Below, piece by piece: positions 39,020 to 48,957 of a DNA stretch of 64,000 bases. The position numbers and the translations under genes are program-made. How positions within the stretch are numbered: the stretch's first letter is position 1; the number at the start of each line of letters is the position of its first letter. The notes under the pieces were generated by a model. That model had not been told where the DNA came from. It was given only the letters and a program-made list of their open reading frames with translations, and searched no databases. Origin of the DNA: a virus; the IMG/VR virus record IMGVR_UViG_3300010430_000018, positions 18,421 through 82,420 of that record; one strand, given 5' to 3'.

Positions 39020-39606
39020 ACTACATTTTCTTTAAAGTGTTCATCTTCTGTAGATATACCTTCAATAGTCATATCACAGTAGTCTGCTAACGTAGAGTGC
39101 TTTACTCTATGCTTATCTTGCTTACATATAAAGTATTGACTTGTTTGCATATACATATACTCTTTGTCTCTATACTCATTAACATACATGCTTGTTGCTT
39201 TCATCACATCATCCCATGTATGATCATATGTCTCAAAGAACCATCTAAATGCATCACTAAGTGCTTTAACATTATTTCTTGCTGGCTTACCACTTGGTAA
39301 TTTTTTAGCAGGAAATATTTCTCTATAAGTATTTATATTATCTATAGAGTTTTTACCCATTAATGCTATATCTGTTTTCTTTTTTGCTTTTATAAAGTAA
39401 TTGTCCATTCTAACTATAAATAGTTTAGCTTTAGGTGTTAGAACAAACTTACTGTCTTTTTTTTTTAAGTACTTTTCATCAATTAAATCAAGTACATCTT
39501 GTTTAGTTATGTATGGCAAGGAGACGCCTTGCTTGATCCCAAATAGTATCTGTAACTGGTTTGGGGTCATCTTTGCTTTTAAGATTTTCTGGAATAGTTC
39601 CCACAT
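39016..39606 (-). CDS. Putative replication initiator/helicase-loader-like wHTH protein
   Basis: Winged-helix-like N-terminus; directly upstream of DnaB. Confidence 0.45.
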   Translation of the reverse strand: MWELFQKILKAKMTPNQLQILFGIKQGVSLPYITKQDVLDLIDEKYLKKKDSKFVLTPKAKLFIVRMDNYFIKAKKKTDIALMGKNSIDNINTYREIFPAKKLPSGKPARNNVKALSDAFRWFFETYDHTWDDVMKATSMYVNEYRDKEYMYMQTSQYFICKQDKHRVKHSTLADYCDMTIEGISTEDEHFKENVV

Positions 39607-40021
39607 AATTTTTTAGTTCATTAATTATATTATTATATACATCTATTGTAAACTTATCATTGATATCCATACCATTACTAACTCTTTTACATGAATTTAT
39701 AACTGTAGCATGAGTTCTTTCTAAGTATATTCCTATTTTATTTTTAGTGTATCCTAAACTATATGCTATATAACAAAAATTATGTAGGTATATCATATAC
39801 TCCTTAACTCTTGTTCTATTTAATAGGGAAGTTATGTGTGTAAATTTTGGAATATCACGGTAAAGTGTTGCTAAAGTAACTATTTCTAAAGTTGTTAGTG
39901 TAATTTTATTATCTTCTTTAGGTGGTACAAATACATGTAGGTTCACACCATAATCAGCATAAAATTTACTCTTGAAGTCACGTATTACTTCTTTTTGTTC
40001 AACTAATTGGCTTTCAGGCAT
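39503..40021 (-). CDS. DnaA domain IV-like HTH protein
   Basis: IGIYLERTHATVINSCKRV matches the IG..F.RDHTTV pattern. Confidence 0.7.
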   Translation of the reverse strand: MPESQLVEQKEVIRDFKSKFYADYGVNLHVFVPPKEDNKITLTTLEIVTLATLYRDIPKFTHITSLLNRTRVKEYMIYLHNFCYIAYSLGYTKNKIGIYLERTHATVINSCKRVSNGMDINDKFTIDVYNNIINELKNYVGTIPENLKSKDDPKPVTDTIWDQARRLLAIHN

Positions 40022-40057
40022 TTATATTGGTTTTTGGTTATACAAATGTAATGATTA

Positions 40058-40768
40058 TTACCATTGTATACAAGCTTTATCTTGTTTAATTAGTTCATCA
40101 TTAACTTTATTAAATACGTCTTTACAATCCCATTCTCCACCCCTATAAGCGGCAGATGCAGGATGTGCTACTTTAAATATTTTCATATTAGATAATAAGG
40201 GTGCCCACTCTTCAGCTTTTCTACCCATTAAAATAAATATCAAATCTTTATTATGTCTATTTAGTGTATCAAATAGATATTCTGTAAATGATTTCCAAAT
40301 TCCATAGTGTGAACCAATTTTATTTACTTCTACAGTTAATGCTGTATTAATTAATAATACGCCTTGATTAGACCAACGCTTTAGATCACATTCTTCTGGT
40401 GTATATATAACTCTACCTGTGTCAGTAAAATCACCTATAGTTTGTTTAAGTATATACTGCAGGGATTTTTCAGCTTTTCCTTTATTGCTACAGCTAAATG
40501 CTATACCATCAGCTACACCTAATTGTGGATATGGGTCCTGACCAACTATAACTACTTTTGTTTCTTTATAAGGACACTCTACAAAAGCATTAAATGTATC
40601 CTTAAATTTAGGTGTAAATCTTCTACCATTATTTACACTATTAACTAATGTATTCATAATATGGTCAAAGCTTAATCCATTTATATATGGTGATAGTACA
40701 CGTTCCCATCCGCTATCATTTAATTTTTTAATTAGATTATCTCTTAAATTATTTATATTGATTTCCAT
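40058..40768 (-). CDS. ung: Uracil-DNA glycosylase family 1
   Basis: GQDPYP, QGVLLINTALTV and HPAS; likely start MEININ. Confidence 0.93.
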   Translation of the reverse strand: MEININNLRDNLIKKLNDSGWERVLSPYINGLSFDHIMNTLVNSVNNGRRFTPKFKDTFNAFVECPYKETKVVIVGQDPYPQLGVADGIAFSCSNKGKAEKSLQYILKQTIGDFTDTGRVIYTPEECDLKRWSNQGVLLINTALTVEVNKIGSHYGIWKSFTEYLFDTLNRHNKDLIFILMGRKAEEWAPLLSNMKIFKVAHPASAAYRGGEWDCKDVFNKVNDELIKQDKACIQW

Positions 40769-40811
40769 TTTTATTATATTATTACTATATTTACACATTA
40801 AAATTATTACT

Positions 40812-41246
40812 ATGGCAGAAGATAAAGAAAGATTACAAACCTATGTTACTTATGATTTAGCATCTATAATTAAAGATATTGAAGTATCTGCTTCTTACAT
40901 TCCTGCATTACAATCTATGATTACTAGAAAGATTATGACAAGTGATAAAGTTGATGAAATTGGTACCATCTTTACTAAGTTTGAAAAAATGGTTAAAAAC
41001 TCACAAGATAAAGTACCTGAAGATGAGGCTAATTTATCTTTTGATCAATGGGAAGCTGATTTATACATTTTATTTTCTTTAGTTCAAATGTTTAAGTATA
41101 AAGCTAAAGAACAGAATCTTGAAATTAAACAAGAGACTACTACTACTAAAGCTGAGTTTGAACAATTAGCAAGAGATGCATTTAACGGTGAAGATATTAC
41201 ACAAAAATTAAAGGACTTAGACTCTACACTAAAAATAGTTAAGTAA
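40812..41246 (+). CDS. Hypothetical acidic helical protein (lone + strand gene)
   Basis: ORF-track 40758..41246; likely start MAEDK. Confidence 0.65.
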   Translation: MAEDKERLQTYVTYDLASIIKDIEVSASYIPALQSMITRKIMTSDKVDEIGTIFTKFEKMVKNSQDKVPEDEANLSFDQWEADLYILFSLVQMFKYKAKEQNLEIKQETTTTKAEFEQLARDAFNGEDITQKLKDLDSTLKIVK

Positions 41247-41636
41247 CTATCTTAATTGCATACCACTAAAATCTCCTATCTCAAGACATGCTTGTATAGC
41301 TAGATTTAGTTCTTCTTTATCACATTTACCAAAAGACTTACAAAACTCTACTCCATTTTTATTAAAACATAGGCCAGCTTTACGCTTGACTTGTAGTTTT
41401 ACTTCTTCAAAAGTATGACCTATTTCATTTGCTATTTCTCTTATCATAGCATGTACTCTGGCTAATTGTGGATTACTACCTTTACCATCTTGTACACCTA
41501 TAAATAATTCTATACGTGCACCTTCAGGCATTTCTTTTAAAAAATTATTATATTTACTTTCATAAGCTTTTATAGGAAAGTGTAATTTACCATCTTTTAT
41601 TGTTGCTTGAACAAATAGTTGATTTCTCATAAACAT
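41247..41636 (-). CDS. NinB/YbcN-like protein
   Basis: S.PQLARVHAMIREIA.E.GHT.EEVK. Confidence 0.55.
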   Translation of the reverse strand: MFMRNQLFVQATIKDGKLHFPIKAYESKYNNFLKEMPEGARIELFIGVQDGKGSNPQLARVHAMIREIANEIGHTFEEVKLQVKRKAGLCFNKNGVEFCKSFGKCDKEELNLAIQACLEIGDFSGMQLR

Positions 41637-42065
41637 TTATTTATTATAGATAAGACAATCAGTAAGCCCAAACATGCTAATATAGTTATACCAGCAACTT
41701 TTTCTGTTTGTTCTACTTGATACTTACTTCTTCCCTGTCTGTATTTTTTGTCTTCTTCTGTCATAACATTTCTTTTATTTCTATTAGTAAAGAATATGCA
41801 ACGTCTAGATTTCTTTGATTCATACCTGGCATTACTTCCACGTCTTCCAAATAATCTATGACATCATTTAATTTATCCTTTATTTCATTTATATTATCAT
41901 CTATTCTATTTATCATCATCTTTTATTTTCTAGATCCCATAACCAACCATAATCTGGATCATGTGGATCTACTTCATCCTGCGTATGAACTCTTACACGA
42001 ACCCATACATCATTGACTAATTTATATGTTTTACCGTTTTTATGTTTTACTATTTCTTCACTCAT
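41627..42065 (-). CDS. Three coupled small hypothetical ORFs (42065-41916, 41919-41761, 41764-41627)
   Basis: 49, 52 and 45 aa with ATGA overlaps; the last has a TM segment. Confidence 0.5.
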
Positions 42066-42321
42066 GATATTTTTCAATTATTTCATCTGATAAAAATTCT
42101 GGATCTATTAATCCTAATACATCTACTATACTGGAACTACCTTCATCATTTTCTAATTCACACCATATACGAATCATTTCTGCTGATGGAGCTGTTCCTG
42201 GTGTTCCTGGATCTCCATTTGAATCATACATTTGATCAGGTTCTCCAGGATAATAATAATATTCTACTTCTACTTCATTACCAAATAAAGTCATTGGTAC
42301 TACGTTTACTGATGCTCCCAT
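42058..42321 (-). CDS. Small acidic hypothetical protein
   Basis: ORF track, 87 aa. Confidence 0.6.
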   Translation of the reverse strand: MGASVNVVPMTLFGNEVEVEYYYYPGEPDQMYDSNGDPGTPGTAPSAEMIRIWCELENDEGSSSIVDVLGLIDPEFLSDEIIEKYHE

Positions 42322-42563
42322 TATTTATATCTTAATACGTTATTATCTATAAATATGAACTCTTGTCCACATTTTTTACATACACCTTCTTCTTCATGAG
42401 TTCTTAAAACATAACTCCTTGTACAATTTGGACATGGTGTTTCTTCTGAAGGTATAAACTCTTCAACTGAAGGGCGTGCAAGACCATGTATCATAGCATC
42501 ATGTGCACCACGATACTCAGAGTTATGTCTTTCTTCCATAAATAATTCTTTCATTTTTCCCAT
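42321..42563 (-). CDS. Zn-ribbon protein
   Basis: CPNC...CKKCG. Confidence 0.65.
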   Translation of the reverse strand: MGKMKELFMEERHNSEYRGAHDAMIHGLARPSVEEFIPSEETPCPNCTRSYVLRTHEEEGVCKKCGQEFIFIDNNVLRYK

Positions 42564-42703
42564 TGTGTTGTTTTTTTAATGTATTCTTGTTTATTTTCTG
42601 CTTCATACCACTCATCTAAATGTTTATCAAAATGCCATCTATAATCTAAACCTGAACAAAAGGTTTCAGAACATCTACTACATTTAATGATTGGTTTACA
42701 CAT
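42551..42703 (-). CDS. C2H2 zinc-finger micro-protein (50 aa, not in ORF track)
   Basis: CSRCSETFCSGLDYRWHFDKH = C-x2-C-x12-H-x3-H; TAATG coupling. Confidence 0.65.
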   Translation of the reverse strand: MCKPIIKCSRCSETFCSGLDYRWHFDKHLDEWYEAENKQEYIKKTTQWEK

Positions 42704-43854
42704 TACTTTTTTAATGGATTATAATATAAAACTTTAGATTGATCAAAATCTTGAATTGCATTATTTACCCATGTTTCATCTTGTGTATTCTTGTAACACA
42801 GTATATGACATGTTGCTGTCTCAGTTGGATTAAGTCTTAATAATCTACCAATTCTTTGTGCAGTCTTACGTTCATTACCATATGCATGCATAATAATACC
42901 TGCTTTAAGCTTAGGAATTGTAACACCTTCTGATAATTGTAACACGCATGATAGTTTATCAATCCTGCCATCAGAGAACAACTCAAGGTTTTCCTCTGAT
43001 TTTGGATTTTTAGAATGATAACTATGTTTACATATTCTGTCTGCTTGTTTTTGAGTATTAGCAAATATAATACACTTTGTATTTATATTTTTTATTATAC
43101 TCTTAACATAGCTCTCTTTACTTGTATAATCCATTATAGCACGCATTCTCATAATTCTACCAAATTGAATTTGCTTAGATGTTTCTGCGTCTTGTAATCT
43201 GGATGTTGCATAGTTATAATCCTTTCTTTCAGATGTATACCAAAAACCACCTTTTTTATTTTTTTTCTTTAATGTAGGTAATTTTGATAGTTCTAACTCA
43301 TGAATGATTATTTTGTAATCATTTAATATGTTTGAGTCAGTTGCATCATCTACTTCAAATGTATATTTGATTGGACAATACTTCTGAACAAGTTTTCCTT
43401 TTTCAGATTCTTTATCTCTAGGTGGTGTACCAGTTAATCCTAATATTTTACCTTTGAATTGAGATAAAAAAGCTTCATGTGATTCTTTTAAACTATGCCA
43501 CTCATCTAAATAAACTATATCATAATCATTTGGATTTTGTTTATTAAGTGATAAGTAAGTTGTAAAAGTAATATGATCTTCAAGAATATTATTATTCATT
43601 TTATCTAATTCATCATACCAAGACTTCATTACAGACTTTTTTGGTACGGCTACTAATACTTTTATAAATGGATTAAAGTTTGCTAATAAGTGTTGTATAG
43701 CAATTCTTGTTTTGCCTACACCCATAGATATACCTAAGCCACATCTTCTATGTTGTGATGCTATTGTCAATGCATCCGCTTGTACTATGTCCCTATGACT
43801 AATTTCCATACTTGATGCCATAATAATATTGTTATTGATGCTATAACGCACCAC
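42703..43854 (-). CDS. Superfamily 2 helicase
   Basis: MGVGKT, LDEWH, LTGTP and QRIGRLLR. Confidence 0.88.
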   Translation of the reverse strand: MVRYSINNNIIMASSMEISHRDIVQADALTIASQHRRCGLGISMGVGKTRIAIQHLLANFNPFIKVLVAVPKKSVMKSWYDELDKMNNNILEDHITFTTYLSLNKQNPNDYDIVYLDEWHSLKESHEAFLSQFKGKILGLTGTPPRDKESEKGKLVQKYCPIKYTFEVDDATDSNILNDYKIIIHELELSKLPTLKKKNKKGGFWYTSERKDYNYATSRLQDAETSKQIQFGRIMRMRAIMDYTSKESYVKSIIKNINTKCIIFANTQKQADRICKHSYHSKNPKSEENLELFSDGRIDKLSCVLQLSEGVTIPKLKAGIIMHAYGNERKTAQRIGRLLRLNPTETATCHILCYKNTQDETWVNNAIQDFDQSKVLYYNPLKK

Positions 43855-43897
43855 GTTATCATTTTAATTAATCTATTTTTTTCCCATTCATCCATAA

Positions 43898-44086
43898 CTA
43901 AAAATTTAATAAAAATAATCTACGTTGATATTTTCTTATTAGTAATGTATTATTTTTGATGCTTCTATTATGACCTTTATCTTTAAAGTCTTCCATTGAT
44001 GCTTCAAATGTTTTATTTAATGTATCATATTTTAAATTATATAGATACTTTCTTACGTATTGAATATGTTTTTTCTTTCTTCTCAT
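43898..44086 (-). CDS. Small basic hypothetical protein
   Basis: ORF track, 62 aa. Confidence 0.45.
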   Translation of the reverse strand: MRRKKKHIQYVRKYLYNLKYDTLNKTFEASMEDFKDKGHNRSIKNNTLLIRKYQRRLFLLNF

Positions 44087-44090
44087 AATT

Positions 44091-44360
44091 TTAGTGTCTT
44101 GATTGTGAAAATCCTAACTCATAAGCTTCTTGTGGGTGTGTTTCTATCCATGTGTGACAGTTTCTACAAACTGGTAACCATGTAGATTCATCAAGATGAT
44201 ATTCTCCACGTCCTTTCTTATGATGAACTTCTGTAGCATGCAAAGAACACTTATGGATCTTTGCATGACAGATGTTGTGGTCAGATAAATACTTTCTACG
44301 CTGTTTAGAATAGGCAGTATTTATTTTAGCCATTTTACTTGATACTTTTTTGATGCTCAT
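44091..44360 (-). CDS. HNH endonuclease-like protein
   Basis: C....C...EVHH...CRNCH..I. Confidence 0.75.
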   Translation of the reverse strand: MSIKKVSSKMAKINTAYSKQRRKYLSDHNICHAKIHKCSLHATEVHHKKGRGEYHLDESTWLPVCRNCHTWIETHPQEAYELGFSQSRH

Positions 44361-44877
44361 TTGGACTTAATGTAAAATAATTTTTAGGTAATAAACCTAT
44401 AGATAAAAATTTAAGAACTACATCTTCATAGGTTATACCTAAATCTTTAAATGTAAATGTATTTTTAAAGTCATCTAATATTTCATCAGCAGGTATACTT
44501 ACTATATACTGTGCTGTAGGAGAACTTTTAAAAGTTTTACTAAGATAAGCATTTACTTTTTTATTACAAAGAGTTTGTTTCCAAGCATTTATCTCTCTTT
44601 GTCCTCTTCTCCATACTTTACTTATACGTCTTTTTTTATCCCAATGAAGCTTTTTAACTTCTTCAGGTTTATAAACTTTTAAACCGTGGAGTACACGTTT
44701 AAACAAAAAATGTTGATAAGGATTAAGTTTATTGTATTGAAATGAGTTTATTATTGATGGAGGATGCAATTGATACTCCGTTAATAAGCCTAAATATTGA
44801 TACCTTTCTATGCGTTTGCTTAGTTTTATCTGATCTTTATTAAGTTTTAGTTTTGATATTTGTTCTTGAGATAGCAT
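44335..44877 (-). CDS. Basic hypothetical protein
   Basis: ORF track, 180 aa. Confidence 0.6.
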   Translation of the reverse strand: MLSQEQISKLKLNKDQIKLSKRIERYQYLGLLTEYQLHPPSIINSFQYNKLNPYQHFLFKRVLHGLKVYKPEEVKKLHWDKKRRISKVWRRGQREINAWKQTLCNKKVNAYLSKTFKSSPTAQYIVSIPADEILDDFKNTFTFKDLGITYEDVVLKFLSIGLLPKNYFTLSPNEHQKSIK

Positions 44878-44987
44878 ACATGTTTATTTAATGATTAAGT
44901 AATTAAGTGATATATATAAATGTCCAGGAGTAGCTTGTGGCAACGATTCCACTTACTACTCCCTTTCATTTCTTAGAAAACTAACGT

Positions 44988-45563
44988 TTATAGTTCAAAT
45001 GTTTCTTCTTCAAGAACATCTTCTGTTTCTTCTACTTCACTTACTACTTCTTCATCTACTACTTCTTGATCATTTGCATCATCATCTCCTTCTAAACCAA
45101 ATGCTTCAGCGGGAGTTACTGTAGTTTTAACTGCATTAGTATTCATACCATTGGCTTCACGGATTGCATCTCCATTAGTATGAGCAATTAATACATCCTC
45201 AGCTGTAGCATCAGCTACAAAGAATGTTTTCCTATAAATAGGTTCACCTTCTACTGCACAGATAATTCCTGTTTCTCCAGCCATTTTTAGATCTCTATCT
45301 GGATCATTGTTACTAAATGGTGTAAGAGATTCTTTTACAATTATCTTACCAGTAAGCGGTGTGTTAACGTTTAGTTGTAAATTCTGTAAATCATCCATTT
45401 TACCATGTAATAATGTTGATCTATTTGAACTTTTAACCCATCCGGTATTTCCAAAAACTACTCTTTGTTGTTCTAATCTAATGTGACCGAATTCTGCGTT
45501 TTTACTTGATTGACGGATGATATTACCCATATCATCAGCCACAATGTTGACTTTGTTTTGCAT
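44988..45563 (-). CDS. Hypothetical beta-rich protein with acidic tail (SSB-like)
   Basis: Ends in a long E/D-rich tail, ...EETFEL. Confidence 0.5.
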   Translation of the reverse strand: MQNKVNIVADDMGNIIRQSSKNAEFGHIRLEQQRVVFGNTGWVKSSNRSTLLHGKMDDLQNLQLNVNTPLTGKIIVKESLTPFSNNDPDRDLKMAGETGIICAVEGEPIYRKTFFVADATAEDVLIAHTNGDAIREANGMNTNAVKTTVTPAEAFGLEGDDDANDQEVVDEEVVSEVEETEDVLEEETFEL

Positions 45564-45605
45564 TTTTAATAAAATTTAGTGAATTAATAAATAATTGAGT
45601 GATGA

Positions 45606-45869
45606 TTAACTATCATCAGAGTGAAAATACGGGTCATCTAGTTTTTCATAAGCATCAATTTCATCTAATCTTGGTTCATTCTCTTGAATAAACTCTTCCT
45701 GTATCTCAGGAGGTAATGATTTTGAAAAGCTATTGTAAAACGGGTTACCCACTTCCTTTGTATATGCTGAGCTAAGGCCATTAAGATCTTTATACTCATC
45801 ATCTGTTAATGATAAGTATTGTTCTAATGAGCACTCTATTATGCGTCCATTTGGAAGTTGTATAATCAT
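45606..45869 (-). CDS. Small acidic hypothetical protein
   Basis: ORF track, 87 aa. Confidence 0.6.
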   Translation of the reverse strand: MIIQLPNGRIIECSLEQYLSLTDDEYKDLNGLSSAYTKEVGNPFYNSFSKSLPPEIQEEFIQENEPRLDEIDAYEKLDDPYFHSDDS

Positions 45870-45979
45870 CTTTTTATTAATATTTTATAAAGATAACTAT
45901 TTACTTCTATTGACTCACATAATATAATATATATTAAACTCAGATTATAAAATAAAAAGCATTAATATAGCTAACGGTG

Positions 45980-46231
45980 TTATTTAATTATTAGCTTTCT
46001 ACCAATTCTTTTTACGTATTTATATGTTTTAAGCTCTTTTATCCATCTGTCTATGCTTGATTGACTTGAGCCAGTGTCATCAGCTAATGTACTTATTGAT
46101 GGAAAACATGTTCTGTTTTTATTTGCATAGCAACATAACACGCTATATAATGTTTTAGCACCAATTGATAAATTAGGATCTGTTATTACCTCACGGTTTA
46201 CTATACCAAATCTATTTTTCTTTGTATACAT
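45980..46231 (-). CDS. Winged HTH protein (HTH_36-like)
   Basis: LS..AK.LY..L...CFPSISTLA...S..SI.R.IKEL. Confidence 0.8.
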   Translation of the reverse strand: MYTKKNRFGIVNREVITDPNLSIGAKTLYSVLCCYANKNRTCFPSISTLADDTGSSQSSIDRWIKELKTYKYVKRIGRKLIIK

Positions 46232-46403
46232 GATCTTTTAATAATCTTAAAAGAGCCATATTATCATCTTTTTCTTTTGCTAACTCAATATCATTAAGTT
46301 TATACATTTCATTCATTGTATAACCAAATGTAGAATTAATTGACTCTTTCTTTTTCCATTGGTTATAGTGTGATCTGATCAGTTCCATTGATAATTTTGG
46401 CAT
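46212..46403 (-). CDS. Hypothetical protein
   Basis: ORF track, 63 aa. Confidence 0.5.
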   Translation of the reverse strand: MPKLSMELIRSHYNQWKKKESINSTFGYTMNEMYKLNDIELAKEKDDNMALLRLLKDHVYKEK

Positions 46404-46914
46404 CTTTTTTATTTTTTAATTGGTTTTCCATTGATTTAACTAATTTATTTAGCTCTCTTGTTTTTAATTTTTTTAATTCAAAAGGACTAGTAGTATCTTC
46501 AATGAATGCAAGGTTACGGTTTTCATCATGATATAGATATTCTATCTTTAACTGACTATATAAAGGATTATACTTATTGTTTGTTGACCAGCTATTATCT
46601 GATATTACTTTTGCATAAACCATATTATCTTCAGGTAGTAAATCCATATCTTTCAGTATATCTTTTTCATATTTACTGCCTTCATGATAACTTGGTGGCC
46701 TTACTTTTACTAAATCATTAGGATATACTAATTCATAATGTTCTTTAGTTAACATAAGTTCTACTACATTTTCTAAAGTACTATCAGACATATTATTAAG
46801 TATAATATTTTTGATATGATCAAAGTTTAAAGGTTCTTGTACACCTTTATTTGATAATATAGTTGATACAATGTTCATTAAGCTTTCTTTTCTAATGCTT
46901 AGTGTATTTGACAT
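46363..46914 (-). CDS. Hypothetical protein
   Basis: ORF track, 183 aa. Confidence 0.6.
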   Translation of the reverse strand: MSNTLSIRKESLMNIVSTILSNKGVQEPLNFDHIKNIILNNMSDSTLENVVELMLTKEHYELVYPNDLVKVRPPSYHEGSKYEKDILKDMDLLPEDNMVYAKVISDNSWSTNNKYNPLYSQLKIEYLYHDENRNLAFIEDTTSPFELKKLKTRELNKLVKSMENQLKNKKDAKIINGTDQITL

Positions 46915-47096
46915 ATTTTTTAATTTTTTAGTTATAAATAATTAGACAGTCCCTTCCTAACAAGTATGAGAAAAGAAAGGGTGTCTGTCTAATTGATGGT
47001 CCACTTAACCATTAATCAATCTTTTTGGACCTATTGTAGTACTTTTATTATATGATATATAATTACTGGTACTGTTAGTACGTTACACGTAACGTT

Positions 47097-47945
47097 TTAT
47101 AATATAAATCTACGTAAATCTGATGGTTCAAATGTATATTCTGGTGTATTGATATAATTCATATCATCCATAGAATACCAAACATCTAAAGTCAGTGGAT
47201 TTAATAATATGTGTTGTTCTTGTGCTGGCATATAACTTTGAGCTAACATATATATTTTATGTCCTGCTTTATTTACTGCCATATCTACTACGGTAATAGC
47301 ATGTCCTGGAAATCCTCCAGTTACAAACACATCACCCGGTTGCATATCCCAATAACTTACTGATTCAGTATCATACTGTTCTATTGAATATGTTCCGGCA
47401 TAACTCCATACAAGATCCAACCATTTTCTAAATGTTTTACAATTATCTTTACGGCTTTTACCTTGTTTAGTTACTATATCACGACCAGCATTAATTGGTG
47501 TTGGATTAGCTCCCTTAAGATAATCTATATAAGAAGTTCTATAACCATTTGTAAATGTAAATTGTAATCTATCTAAGAAACCGCTTGAATAGTTATACGA
47601 TGCTCTAAGATATATAGCTGCATCAGCACAGTGATGTAAATCTCTTGTGCCTATTTCATAATCAAATACTGCTGCATAAATAAAATTATTATGCTTAATG
47701 TTTCCATTATAATATTCAACTTCTGATTTCTCTTTTAATGGGTGAGCTATCAACCATTCAGAGTATGCATCCATATTGTTTCTTTCATAGCCACCTGGTA
47801 CTGTAAATACAGATGAGATTGACTCATGATTCATTTTTTTTCCTTTGTATGTGCTTTGTGCACTTACTCCAAGTACAAATAATAACATTGCTAATACTAT
47901 CAATTGTAATTTTAATACGTTTTTACTATACTTTATATCTTTCAT
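47097..47945 (-). CDS. Secreted DUF4846-like protein (papain/NlpC-P60-like Cys-His)
   Basis: Signal peptide; DLHHCADA, YAGTYS, PGDVF..GGFPGHA and AQSYMPAQ. Confidence 0.75.
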   Translation of the reverse strand: MKDIKYSKNVLKLQLIVLAMLLFVLGVSAQSTYKGKKMNHESISSVFTVPGGYERNNMDAYSEWLIAHPLKEKSEVEYYNGNIKHNNFIYAAVFDYEIGTRDLHHCADAAIYLRASYNYSSGFLDRLQFTFTNGYRTSYIDYLKGANPTPINAGRDIVTKQGKSRKDNCKTFRKWLDLVWSYAGTYSIEQYDTESVSYWDMQPGDVFVTGGFPGHAITVVDMAVNKAGHKIYMLAQSYMPAQEQHILLNPLTLDVWYSMDDMNYINTPEYTFEPSDLRRFIL

Positions 47946-48003
47946 AATTAAGTGGTGTTATATAGGAACCTCACTTTTTATGTAAGGTTCCTATTATTAA
48001 TAT

Positions 48004-48318
48004 TTATTTTTTCCATTTTACTTCTATTGTAGTAAATGGTAATACTATCATCAAAGAAGTTTTTTGCCAAGCTACTCCTAATCCAATTATTGATTCAAAT
48101 CTTGCATCTATTTTAGGTAATAATATCACCTTATCCATAAATACAGTAAAAAATACTGCATTTAAAATACAAAATATTGACATTGATACTATAATAATGG
48201 TTACAGGCATATATCCTGATCCATATTCATTAAAATATAATGCTGAACTAACTATACCAAGTATTGGTACAATTACTACGTACAATAGTTTAATGAATTT
48301 TTTGACTAAGTGTTTCAT
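48004..48318 (-). CDS. Membrane protein
   Basis: Two N-terminal TM helices. Confidence 0.6.
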   Translation of the reverse strand: MKHLVKKFIKLLYVVIVPILGIVSSALYFNEYGSGYMPVTIIIVSMSIFCILNAVFFTVFMDKVILLPKIDARFESIIGLGVAWQKTSLMIVLPFTTIEVKWKK

Positions 48319-48331
48319 CTTGTTTAAAATT

Positions 48332-48802
48332 TTAGTTAATAATATTTACTTCATCTCCTGCATCTATGAACATATTTATGTCATATGGTATTAAGAACTT
48401 ATTCCAAGTATTATCTACTTGATATGTTGTTCTTTGTTGATTAGTAGCATATTGTAATGTTGATATAACAAACGCATCAGCAAAGCTGTTGAGTGTATTA
48501 GCGTCACCATCATAATATGTACTTGCATAATTCATAAATTCTTCTCCTGTAACCGGCATATTAAACGATGTAGCATATACTACAAAATTTGACCAAGCTA
48601 CTATAAGTTTATCTTCTGCAGATACACCATTATCTTCTGACTTATACAACATATATAAATATCTTGTAGTGTCTGTTGTTGGTGCATATACTTGAGAGAA
48701 TAACTTATATTCATCTGGATTACTTTGTACCTCCATTAGAGGCTCCTGTTCACAACTCATAAATGATATTGCAAACAGGAATATTACTAATGATCTTAAC
48801 AT
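48332..48802 (-). CDS. Lipoprotein
   Basis: MLRSLVIFLFAISFMS-C-EQEP lipobox; likely start 48802. Confidence 0.7.
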   Translation of the reverse strand: MLRSLVIFLFAISFMSCEQEPLMEVQSNPDEYKLFSQVYAPTTDTTRYLYMLYKSEDNGVSAEDKLIVAWSNFVVYATSFNMPVTGEEFMNYASTYYDGDANTLNSFADAFVISTLQYATNQQRTTYQVDNTWNKFLIPYDINMFIDAGDEVNIIN

Positions 48803-48957
48803 CTTGTATATTTTTGTTTCTTTGCGTTCCAACATTTCTTTTGGTACATAGATTTTTTATACTTTGACGATTTACAGCTTCTGGTTGAACCACAAGACTG
48901 TAATAGTGGTGCTCCTATAAACATAAAGAGCATTAAATAAATGATTTTCTTTTTCAT
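48796..48957 (-). CDS. Small basic Cys-containing lipoprotein (53 aa, not in ORF track)
   Basis: MKKKIIYLMLFMFIGAPLLQS-C-GSTRSC...CWNAKKQKYTRC; overlaps the next start. Confidence 0.65.
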   Translation of the reverse strand: MKKKIIYLMLFMFIGAPLLQSCGSTRSCKSSKYKKSMYQKKCWNAKKQKYTRC

